DNA of 64,000 nucleotides from a virus, in the IMG/VR virus record IMGVR_UViG_3300031857_000018, positions 105,329-169,328 of that record. One strand, 5' to 3'. Positions 8,321 through 16,489 of the stretch are shown one piece after another; the first letter of the stretch is position 1; each line of letters begins with the position of its first letter. The translations under genes and the position numbers were made by a program. A model generated the notes under the pieces. That model worked only from the letters and a program-made list of their open reading frames with translations, did not search any database and was not told the origin of the DNA.

Positions 8321-8636
8321 TTGACTTAGCATTTTGATAAATACGATTCGTATACATACGGAAGATGGTCATACCAATCTCATCCGAGTATACAACATAC
8401 TTACCAGTTTTTCTTTCAATCAGCATAAGCTCATTTGCTTCATTAACTGCAATTGAAATTTCATCCGGTGCAAATGCTTTTGCATATGGATTCGATACAA
8501 GTTCTTTCTTTGGAGGAAAGTTTTGCGTGTATCGCCCAATGGAAAATCCTAGAGCCAATGCGCCAACAATTGTTGCATAACTTAATACTCGTTTCGCAAC
8601 TGTTACGAACTGTTCTTTACTTACTGGCATTTTCAT
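8313..8636 (-). CDS. single-TM protein adjacent to the SLT gene
   Basis: N-terminal TM helix; overlaps the SLT start. Confidence 0.7.
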   Translation of the reverse strand: MKMPVSKEQFVTVAKRVLSYATIVGALALGFSIGRYTQNFPPKKELVSNPYAKAFAPDEISIAVNEANELMLIERKTGKYVVYSDEIGMTIFRMYTNRIYQNAKSND

Positions 8637-8653
8637 ATATATTTGTTTTTGGA

Positions 8654-8932
8654 TTACTTGTTTGTGTTGCAACTAGCTGCAAACTGTTCAATTGTCTTAA
8701 CTCCACAGGCACATGTGCGAGTGATGCTATCAAATTGACAATGCGGGCGTGCTTTGAGTTTGTTCTGAATCCATACATGTTGCTCAGATTCAATTGGAGA
8801 AACTCGGCTGTCTGGATACGTTGTACGAGCTATTCTCAACCTTCTAGGTTCTTCTCGTTTGGGTTTACATAACATTCCTAAGTGTCGAAGCATCAATAGG
8901 AAACTTGTGGTAAGATTTCTTTTTCGTGTCAT
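8654..8932 (-). CDS. hypothetical protein with a possible Zn-binding C-terminus
   Basis: HC...CxC...C; own promoter. Confidence 0.6.
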   Translation of the reverse strand: MTRKRNLTTSFLLMLRHLGMLCKPKREEPRRLRIARTTYPDSRVSPIESEQHVWIQNKLKARPHCQFDSITRTCACGVKTIEQFAASCNTNK

Positions 8933-8998
8933 AACTCTTTCTCTTTTTTATAATATAAGAAATATTTAGCAATTATCCAACCGATATCGGTAGAGTTT

Positions 8999-9160
8999 TT
9001 AATCTAAATAGATGTCATGAAACACAATGCAATATGCATTTAGTGTAGCTGCTTGATCAAACAACATGGTTCTCTTAAACGGATCTGTAGCTACTTTATA
9101 TTGTGCTACAATAATATTAGCGTACGCTTGTGCTAACTTTCTAATAACTCTCTTTTTCAT
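8999..9160 (-). CDS. small hypothetical protein (53 aa, MKKRVIRKLA...)
   Basis: Read by hand; upstream promoter-like element. Confidence 0.55.
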   Translation of the reverse strand: MKKRVIRKLAQAYANIIVAQYKVATDPFKRTMLFDQAATLNAYCIVFHDIYLD

Positions 9161-9220
9161 AATTCTTTTTCTATAATATAAGAAATAAAAAGAAAAGACC
9201 CAACCTGCCCAGGCGATTAA

Positions 9221-9559
9221 TTAATCTTTAAGTAAATCTTTCTTTGTGTTCTTTTTCACTTCAAAATACGTATCAATTAGTTTGTCAATACGTTTGTCAG
9301 TGTATGCTTTGCTTTCGCGATGCATTTCATCCATCACACGATGCATACTTTCATCATTGCGATTAATTTGGTTTCTCAGAGTTTGTTCCACCATGTTGAT
9401 GTCTCTGAAGATTTCGCGTTCGGTATCTTCCTGGCGCTTTTTTAATGGTAGCAATTCTTTTGCTAACGCTGTTACCTTAAGCACACCTATAACGATTGCA
9501 ACTACAATTGCAAACACAATCATCGTAAGTATACCTATAGCAAATGATCCTATACTCAT
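9221..9559 (-). CDS. membrane-anchored coiled-coil protein
   Basis: N-terminal TM plus heptad region; start MSIGSF after AAGGAGA. Confidence 0.7.
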   Translation of the reverse strand: MSIGSFAIGILTMIVFAIVVAIVIGVLKVTALAKELLPLKKRQEDTEREIFRDINMVEQTLRNQINRNDESMHRVMDEMHRESKAYTDKRIDKLIDTYFEVKKNTKKDLLKD

Positions 9560-9601
9560 AATAGTTCTCCTTGGTTGATGCCCGGGCAGGTGGATCATTA
9601 A

Positions 9602-10003
9602 TTATTTTGTAATTTTAAATAATTCGTAGTTGCTGTTCTTAGTTTCAAATTTGATATAATCTTCACGTTGCTCAACAATTCGAGTTACGCCTGTTGTCTG
9701 CCAAGTAAAGAACTGATTGAACGGAGACATTAGCAACGATCTACCTTCTGCAGGTTCGTCGTGTCTTGCTTTGTAGTAACCGGTTTCATTCCATTCGAGC
9801 CATGTAATCCTTGCACTGGTACACGTTAAACCATCACGTTCTCGTACTAGCTTCCAATTCTTTTCGCCATCGACTACTCCTTGATCTACGGCAGCTTTAA
9901 TCAAGTCATCTTCAACCACAACCGGTATCTTTATTTGATTTAATTTACTCTTCGGCTGTGGCATATCGCCATCCGACAGTTGTGGGTCGTTCCAATCTTT
10001 CAT
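9602..10003 (-). CDS. hypothetical protein
   Basis: 133-aa ORF in an operon. Confidence 0.7.
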   Translation of the reverse strand: MKDWNDPQLSDGDMPQPKSKLNQIKIPVVVEDDLIKAAVDQGVVDGEKNWKLVRERDGLTCTSARITWLEWNETGYYKARHDEPAEGRSLLMSPFNQFFTWQTTGVTRIVEQREDYIKFETKNSNYELFKITK

Positions 10004-10004
10004 A

Positions 10005-10229
10005 TTAATCTAATTTTAATCCAGCTTCTGATTTTAATTCATGCAATGTTTCTCGGATCTTTTCCACTGCTTCATAAGCCTCACCGGTTAGTTTATCATT
10101 GTATTTTAACTCGCTTCGTAAGTGTTGGTCCAAGTCCCACACTATCATTTTCCATTTCCATCCATTGATGGCTGACTCCATTTCTTCACGATCTTCGTCG
10201 AAGTCAAATTCTAAAGTTACCTTTGCCAT
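10005..10229 (-). CDS. hypothetical protein
   Basis: 74-aa ORF in an operon. Confidence 0.7.
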   Translation of the reverse strand: MAKVTLEFDFDEDREEMESAINGWKWKMIVWDLDQHLRSELKYNDKLTGEAYEAVEKIRETLHELKSEAGLKLD

Positions 10230-10942
10230 ATTATTTCATTTGTTATGTTATCCCATTCAAAGTGCCATGGTTCCTGTGCATAATTGTATCGTTCATTCAA
10301 CACTGCTGCATTGAAGTAGTGAGTGTGACCATCGAAGTAGTGTCCGTATCCTGAATGAATATGCCCACATACATGTATCTTGGGACGTATAGTTTCAATA
10401 CGCTTTGCCAATAACTCACAACCTAAATGCTGACCTCTTCGGCCTTCTACATCATCCAAGAAACCCCAAGCAGGCCCATGTGTCACTAGTATATCAATGT
10501 TGTCAGGAATATCATTCCACTTTTGTTCCAACTCCCAACCATCGCGTGGCAAGTTGAATGCCCAATCATAAAACCAAGGTTGCCATGGCGAACCATATAT
10601 GCGAACATTTTCTTCTGGCATATCGCCATTTGCACCATCATTGTATACTCCTAACCAATCATCTTCTAGGTACTCGATAGTCTTGTAACCTGTTAGTATG
10701 CCTTTTGCCTCTTCAGGCGCATCTTGCATCCATCGGTCATGATTGCCGGCAATGAACACTTTGGTGTCATAGCTGTTAAGTTGATCCAACCACTTGAAGA
10801 ACATCATCGCTTCAGTTGGACTATATCCTGATGTCATGAAGTCTCCGGCATGGATCAGAATATCGCCACCTGGAAGATCTTTACTTAACAAGTCATGCTT
10901 TGCGTGGGTATCTGATATTAATGTTATTTTATATTTTGCCAT
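10217..10942 (-). CDS. calcineurin-like metallophosphoesterase (MPPED-like)
   Basis: SDTH, HAGD, AGNHD, THGP, GHIH motifs. Confidence 0.92.
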   Translation of the reverse strand: MAKYKITLISDTHAKHDLLSKDLPGGDILIHAGDFMTSGYSPTEAMMFFKWLDQLNSYDTKVFIAGNHDRWMQDAPEEAKGILTGYKTIEYLEDDWLGVYNDGANGDMPEENVRIYGSPWQPWFYDWAFNLPRDGWELEQKWNDIPDNIDILVTHGPAWGFLDDVEGRRGQHLGCELLAKRIETIRPKIHVCGHIHSGYGHYFDGHTHYFNAAVLNERYNYAQEPWHFEWDNITNEIIWQR

Positions 10943-10946
10943 ATTC

Positions 10947-11465
10947 TTATCGTGTTATACCTAGGTCTTTAAGACTCTTTGGCGTGTAATTAACTTGTTC
11001 ACAGGATACACAAATATATCGTCGGTCTACTCGGTTGAAAATAGTTCGACCAAATAGTTTAACTGGTACCTCAACCACCTTTTCGTGTATGTGACCGTGT
11101 ATGTTGTATTTAATACGATAATCCATTTCCATTGGGTGAACTGGGCAGTGTGTCAGGAAGATGCCTTTATACTGCACCATACCGGCAAGGTAGTCAACAT
11201 GCTCTAACATTTTACGGGAGTGGTTGGGCTTGTCGTGGTTTCCTCCCACTACTATCTTGCGACCGTTAAGACGATCCAATATATCATAGTTCGCCTTTTC
11301 CATTGTTACATCCCCTAAAATATAGGTAATATCGCGTTTGTGTACCGTTTTGTTCCATTGCTGCGCGATAAACTCGTCTTGTTCGCCTGCTGAGGCGAAT
11401 CCTCGATGCTTTGCCATGTTCTCATGACCAAAGTGCAAGTCTGCTATGAATCGTACTGTACTCAT
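10947..11465 (-). CDS. calcineurin-like phosphoesterase
   Basis: DLHFGH, LGD, GNHD, HGHIH motifs. Confidence 0.9.
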   Translation of the reverse strand: MSTVRFIADLHFGHENMAKHRGFASAGEQDEFIAQQWNKTVHKRDITYILGDVTMEKANYDILDRLNGRKIVVGGNHDKPNHSRKMLEHVDYLAGMVQYKGIFLTHCPVHPMEMDYRIKYNIHGHIHEKVVEVPVKLFGRTIFNRVDRRYICVSCEQVNYTPKSLKDLGITR

Positions 11466-11510
11466 TTTCTTTTTCTTTAATATAAGAATAAAAAATGAAA
11501 CATCCTAATA

Positions 11511-13493
11511 TTATCTGAACAATGTTACATGCCCGTGCAACATGGACTTTCCATCTGTGTCAGGATCGCCATACGTAACCATGTAGAAATAAACTCCATC
11601 TTGGCACATCCTGCCTTGATATGTTCCATCCCATCCTGCATTTGCATCATACGACTGCCAAATGAGTTGTCCCCAACGATTATAGATAGTGAGCTCGAAC
11701 TCATACGGATCGAAGCCAGAAGTAAAAACGGGTTGCCACATGTTGTTATATTCATCGCCATCCGGTGTAAACGTGTTAGGAATGAATATCAAAGTCTCTG
11801 GACATTGTGATACAGTTACCGATGCAGTCTGAGTATTAGATATGCACCCATTTGCATAATATGTTACAGATACCGTATTCACGCCTTCCATGCTCCACGT
11901 TATGGTTTCATTCAATGTGTTTTGCTGGATTGTGTCACCCATCCATATCCATTCATAGTAACCACCAGGCGGCGTGCTTTGTGCACTCCAAGTTATGTTT
12001 GTTATATCTAACTCACATAATTCATAGAATGCATTATATGGCGTTATAGAATCTAATACTGGTGTCGGATACACTGTAATTTGTATGACCGTATCAAACA
12101 CACAACCGCTTTGCTGATATTCATATGTTATCGAGTTGGTGCCAACTGCTATGCTAGGATCAAACTGTACTCCGGTTACTCCGATTCCTGTGAATTGTCC
12201 TCCTATAGGTACTGCTGATAAATTAACAACATCATCATACTCACACAAAGGCGCCTGTGGTTGTATGACAGGATCGATATTAAATATGAATAAATCAACT
12301 GCTTCAGTTAAACCGACGCACCCATTAAGCTCCGGCGTTACTTGCACTGCTCCTGGAATGAATCCTGGTGGTAATGCACTCCAATCCACCGTAATGCTAT
12401 CTGTACCTTGTCCTGATGTGATAACACCAACCGCATCCCAAACAAATATAACTCCTGGTTGTGATGTTGTAACATAACTAGCTAGGTTTGATTGCCAACA
12501 AATTGTGTCTGATGACTGTATTGGAGTGACAACGGGAATTGCAGTTCCAGGTAACACAAACACAGTGTCTGGTCCAGGTCCGACTGCGCCATTACATGTA
12601 GACCAACCTGCATTGCAAATTGGATAAACAAATCGACAAGTATACTGTGCTCCAGCGGCTGGTGGTGTTACTGTGATTGAAGCTCCAGTTCCTATAGGTG
12701 CTGCTACTCCTACTTGGTACCAAGTTAATGTAGGTGTAACCGTAGGTCCGTCAGGAGTCCAACGCCACGAATCATTGGTTGCGGTCCACGCAGTTGAGTT
12801 TCGTCCTGGCACGGCTACTGCTGCAGTACCTGTTGCATTGTGTATGGCTTCAACGGCAGTACCACCCGACCATTGCAGACAGGCAGGCTTGTTTTGTATA
12901 TGGTTTTCAATCACATTGGTTGATTCGTATATTACTATGTGAAATGTTCCAAAGTTATTTGTGCATGAAAACATTGGTACTCCGATCCAACTCACTGTAA
13001 GTTTTCTACAAGGTGCAACTCCTGATACTTGATATCTTATTTGTCCACCTAGGCCAGGATGCCAATCCTGCCACGGTCCCATGATACAATTTCTAGGGAC
13101 TAATGCATTTACCGTTGGTACTGTTTGGGATGTAAACGTAGTAGGTTGTGCTGGGCTAAATGATATCCATCCATTGGATCCTACGTAGAACTGAGTATAG
13201 GTTTGACCATAGAAACAAAACGTGAATCCTATATTAAAAGGACCTTGCTGTGAATCATCAGTCATTACCAAATTAGTTCCTGTGTTAGTTTGTGCTGCAT
13301 ATGGAATGCTAGTAACTGCGTATGCTGTGGTTTGTTTTGGATTTGTCCCTGCTGCACATTGTGATAAATCTGCGGTCAATGTTGTTGATGCAACGCCACA
13401 CGGTAATGTCTGATCAGGACCTAATGCCGGACAATACTGAGAATTAACTGTGCTAGCAGCTAGCAGTATTAAAAATGTAAATAAGTGTTTCAT
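11511..13493 (-). CDS. secreted protein with a T9SS type-B (gliding-motility-associated/CHU_C) C-terminal domain
   Basis: Signal peptide MKHLFTFLILLAA; C-terminal IPNTFTPDGD..N, IYNRWG, WDG..G, GVYFY, GHVTLFR. Confidence 0.88.
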   Translation of the reverse strand: MKHLFTFLILLAASTVNSQYCPALGPDQTLPCGVASTTLTADLSQCAAGTNPKQTTAYAVTSIPYAAQTNTGTNLVMTDDSQQGPFNIGFTFCFYGQTYTQFYVGSNGWISFSPAQPTTFTSQTVPTVNALVPRNCIMGPWQDWHPGLGGQIRYQVSGVAPCRKLTVSWIGVPMFSCTNNFGTFHIVIYESTNVIENHIQNKPACLQWSGGTAVEAIHNATGTAAVAVPGRNSTAWTATNDSWRWTPDGPTVTPTLTWYQVGVAAPIGTGASITVTPPAAGAQYTCRFVYPICNAGWSTCNGAVGPGPDTVFVLPGTAIPVVTPIQSSDTICWQSNLASYVTTSQPGVIFVWDAVGVITSGQGTDSITVDWSALPPGFIPGAVQVTPELNGCVGLTEAVDLFIFNIDPVIQPQAPLCEYDDVVNLSAVPIGGQFTGIGVTGVQFDPSIAVGTNSITYEYQQSGCVFDTVIQITVYPTPVLDSITPYNAFYELCELDITNITWSAQSTPPGGYYEWIWMGDTIQQNTLNETITWSMEGVNTVSVTYYANGCISNTQTASVTVSQCPETLIFIPNTFTPDGDEYNNMWQPVFTSGFDPYEFELTIYNRWGQLIWQSYDANAGWDGTYQGRMCQDGVYFYMVTYGDPDTDGKSMLHGHVTLFR

Positions 13494-13521
13494 GGTAACC
13501 TTTTAAATAAATATGTAAAGT

Positions 13522-13555
13522 AAAAAAGCCCCGGAGTATTACACTGCGAGGCTTT
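13522..13555 (-). terminator. intrinsic terminator
   Basis: AAAGCCUCG...CGGGGCUUUUUU hairpin plus U-tract. Confidence 0.7.
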
Positions 13556-13562
13556 AAATGTG

Positions 13563-13873
13563 TCAAGTTATCTGAGTGATAAGGAGTATAGACAATGTCA
13601 ACGACTACGTCACTGTCAAAGACCTTCCTTGCAGCAAAGGCAAAGTCAAAAACTAAGTCTCGGTTTGTTAGCCAATTATCTTCTCGAGTAACCTGTCTAA
13701 CGGTTGAGTTCTATCTCAGTTTTAAGTTTGCAAGGAAGCGGTAGTTTCTGAAGCGTAATCAACGCGAATTAATGTAGTTTATACAATATCTTGCTATATC
13801 TATATGAAAACCCTACCACCCTGATACAAAAAGAAAGGGCTTTGGCTTGTGCTTCCGCCCTAACTTACCTTGA
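13563..13873 (-). ncRNA. putative rod-like structured RNA starting at the stop codon of 13874..14794
   Basis: Nested long-range stems with G-U wobbles on the minus strand; period-6 repeats in the 3' arm; followed by a terminator. Confidence 0.72.
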
Positions 13874-14794
13874 TTATTTTGATTCTTTTGCGATGAACAT
13901 ATCAATTACTGGCTGGAATCTTTCCGGCACTGATATACGCCATGATGCGATATCATTGATTTGTTTTTCCAATTGTTCTTGGAACTCAAATTTAGCTTTC
14001 TTTTCAGCCGCATACCATTGTTCTTTAAGAGTTTCAAACTCTGCCCAAACTGTATTGTTATGTGCCGTAGCCGTAGCCATTTCATCTGCATTCGCTCGGG
14101 CGATACGAGCATTCTCAGCCGTAACTAGGTTTTTAACCTTGGCTTTGAAATAATTAACTCGCTGTTCGAATTCACGGTGCATTGCTGCCAATTCTTCATG
14201 AATTTGAGCCAATGATGCCGGAGTGTGATGACAATGAACTTCTACTGGAGTCTTTTCTCCTTCTTTTACAGTAATCCATTCTAGAGATTTCATGTTAGGC
14301 AATTCTATGCGTAACGCGTCTAATTCTCCACCTCGGTGAATAAATTGACCTATATGACTTGCATACGCCTCAGCTTCTAGGTATTCATTGTATTCAGCAA
14401 CTGAAAGTTGATCCCATCCCCAAGACTCATCAACTTGATCAATTTGATTATTATATTTTAATTCCGCGCGCTCTGGGAATGCAACTTGGTTTGTATAATC
14501 AAACTCCATGTTGCGTGTTACTTTAAGCATGGCATCCTTTGCACGGATATTCTCCATAAGGAATGCCTGAGTTGCGCTTAAGCGAGCTTTCTCTTGAAGC
14601 AATGCAACGATATCGGTTGGAATCGGATTAGCTGGTTGCTGAGTATACGTCTTGCCGTTAACAGTCACCGTCTTAGATGCATTGTTAATAATAGACAACC
14701 GATCCTTGATGTCACGCACTCTTTGGTTGCAAAGGTTGCTTACTGATTGAGCTTGTGATAGAGATAATCCGGTTGTTGCTAATGAATGTTTCAT
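13874..14794 (-). CDS. coiled-coil hypothetical protein (RNA-linked)
   Basis: 306 aa, helical and heptad-rich; own promoter upstream. Confidence 0.85.
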   Translation of the reverse strand: MKHSLATTGLSLSQAQSVSNLCNQRVRDIKDRLSIINNASKTVTVNGKTYTQQPANPIPTDIVALLQEKARLSATQAFLMENIRAKDAMLKVTRNMEFDYTNQVAFPERAELKYNNQIDQVDESWGWDQLSVAEYNEYLEAEAYASHIGQFIHRGGELDALRIELPNMKSLEWITVKEGEKTPVEVHCHHTPASLAQIHEELAAMHREFEQRVNYFKAKVKNLVTAENARIARANADEMATATAHNNTVWAEFETLKEQWYAAEKKAKFEFQEQLEKQINDIASWRISVPERFQPVIDMFIAKESK

Positions 14795-14873
14795 GTTTTC
14801 CTTGTTTAATTGTTTAACTTAATTAATAATAAGATACTTAATTCTAATTTCCAAATGTTTTTTAAACTTTTTG

Positions 14874-14947
14874 CACGCCTGGATGGATTCGAACCACCAA
14901 CACTCGGATTTGGAATCCGATGCTCTACCAATTGGAGCTACAGACGC
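14874..14947 (-). tRNA. tRNA-Trp(CCA)
   Basis: Cloverleaf; TCGGA-TTCCAAA-TCCGA anticodon arm; GGTTCGAATCC T-arm. Confidence 0.95.
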
Positions 14948-14953
14948 ATTTTG

Positions 14954-15091
14954 TAGTCAGGACAGGATTCGAACCTGTGTCTTTTGTTTCGGCCATGCGA
15001 GCTCATCTGCATGCTTAGGCTTTTTGTCTTCTCGGCTCCGGAACCTTACGACTGTAGCGTCACCTGATTGGCTACCAATTGCCACCTGACT
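14954..15091 (-). ncRNA. tRNA-like RNA (acceptor stem and T-arm with an expanded interior, 138 nt)
   Basis: AGUCAGG/CCUGACU acceptor stem; ACAGG-UUCGAAU-CCUGU T-arm; no canonical anticodon arm. Confidence 0.7.
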
Positions 15092-15102
15092 AACCGTTAA
15101 AA

Positions 15103-15309
15103 TTAATACTCTCGGCCCTCGAACAACTTAATCAATCGGTAATGCCATTCTGCAGGAAAATCTGCGAGTCTGGAACTACTCTTTGCTTGTTGATGTGCCT
15201 CTTTTCTTGTCGTCGCCTCTACTATACGGTAGGGCGCTTGGTATCCATTTCTGTGACACCATTCCACTCTCCAAAGTGGATACTGTGCTTGCGCTTTCAT
15301 AATGATCAA
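15103..15309 (-). CDS. small hypothetical protein within the tRNA cluster
   Basis: ORF with a VEATTRKEA motif. Confidence 0.55.
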   Translation of the reverse strand: MIIMKAQAQYPLWRVEWCHRNGYQAPYRIVEATTRKEAHQQAKSSSRLADFPAEWHYRLIKLFEGREY

Positions 15310-15362
15310 TGATCATTGTCAGCCATAAGAATTGAGCATGTTACCCTTGTTTATTAATTTAG

Positions 15363-15445
15363 TACTCGGAGCGGGACTTGAACCCGCACGACCAATTGGC
15401 CAACAGATTTTAAGTCTGTCGTGTCTACCATTCCACCACCCAAGC
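15363..15445 (-). tRNA. tRNA-Leu(TAA)
   Basis: ACAGA-CTTAAAA-TCTGT anticodon arm; long variable arm. Confidence 0.93.
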
Positions 15446-15517
15446 AAGTGCCTGTCTTTCCAGGCTGTACAACAAGGATATTCTTTGCGCATTAAGGACT
15501 CTCTTGTGCTTCCTTTG

Positions 15518-15591
15518 TACTCCTAGCAGGACTCGAACCTGCAACGCCTAGATCCTAAATCTAGTGTGTCTACCAATTCCACCATAGAAGC
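15518..15591 (-). tRNA. tRNA-Leu(TAG) with a short variable loop
   Basis: CTAGA-TTTAGGA-TCTAG anticodon arm; Leu-type D-loop; 74 nt. Confidence 0.9.
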
Positions 15592-15765
15592 TTGAGCGTA
15601 GTGGGACTGCAGATCCCTGAGGCTCCTACGCAAGTTGTTCCTCTTTATGCCGGCGCCGCTCCCTGCACGGGACTTGTACTTTGTCCTATTAAGCGTTTAT
15701 GCAAAAGACACATCCTGGTACGCCGACCTGGGTAACCCAAATCCAATGCGTGATGTGTACTTTAG

Positions 15766-15837
15766 TAGTCCCACGGAGAATCGAACTCCGATTTCTAGGA
15801 TGAAAACCTAACGTCCTAACCGTTAGACGATGGGACC
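15766..15837 (-). tRNA. tRNA-Glu(TTC)
   Basis: TAGG-TTTTCAT-CCTA anticodon arm; GGTCCCA/TGGGACT acceptor stem. Confidence 0.93.
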
Positions 15838-15882
15838 ATAAATAAGAATGGCGTTTAAACCTTGCGTACCAGCTACCATTCT

Positions 15883-16041
15883 TTATTCTTTACTTCCTGA
15901 GTGTATCAAAAAGTCTCGATACTCGTCATTCTCCAATTCACATAACCGATCCAAGCAAGCATCATACGAGCCGGTTTTCAATATGCGGCCGGTGTAATCA
16001 ACCAATAGCCAAACATCAGGACCAAATTTGATAATTTCCAT
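15883..16041 (-). CDS. small hypothetical protein (52 aa, MEIIKFGPDVW...)
   Basis: Read by hand; AAAGAG leader and upstream promoter. Confidence 0.55.
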   Translation of the reverse strand: MEIIKFGPDVWLLVDYTGRILKTGSYDACLDRLCELENDEYRDFLIHSGSKE

Positions 16042-16087
16042 CTCTTTATTTTTATAATATAAATATAAGAAATAAAAACCAAAAGTC

Positions 16088-16489
16088 CTAATCTTTCTGC
16101 AACATTTTTTCTACTCGATTGCGAGCCTTCTCACCTAATGGTATTGGATGACCTTCTTCATCGATATGCACGAACTTGATGTGTGTGCGAAGCACTATAA
16201 CCTGATTGCCCGTGTATACATTGTGTGCTCTGGCTTCCATGTACAGGTTGATGGATGAGTTACCTATTGCTTGTGGCTGACCATATATCTTAAGTAGTTG
16301 GCCTTCCCGGGCTGGCTTCTCAAAATTGCATTTGTCAATGCTAACCGTAACCATACGGGGTGTATCACAAAGTTGCATTGAGTAGCCGGCTGCAGCTGCA
16401 TCGATCCAAGCCAACAGCTTTCCTCCGAACAGGTTGCCATGAAACCCTAGGTCGGATTTCTTGATTGGGTGTGTGTTTAGTAATTCCAT
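16088..16489 (-). CDS. acyl-CoA thioesterase (hotdog fold, YciA-like)
   Basis: DLGFHGNLFGGKLLAWID, MVTVSID motifs. Confidence 0.9.
   Translation of the reverse strand: MELLNTHPIKKSDLGFHGNLFGGKLLAWIDAAAAGYSMQLCDTPRMVTVSIDKCNFEKPAREGQLLKIYGQPQAIGNSSINLYMEARAHNVYTGNQVIVLRTHIKFVHIDEEGHPIPLGEKARNRVEKMLQKD

Noticed and set aside
13563-13873. Retron msr-msd, or a peptide encoded by the hexamer repeats
   Set aside because: There is no reverse transcriptase in the window and no convincing start codon for the repeat frame; the base pairing explains the sequence better.
15594-15760. Twister, hammerhead or theta ribozyme
   Set aside because: Only partial resemblance (UAAU...CAAG...UGCAG); the required pairings and core sequences could not be completed by eye.
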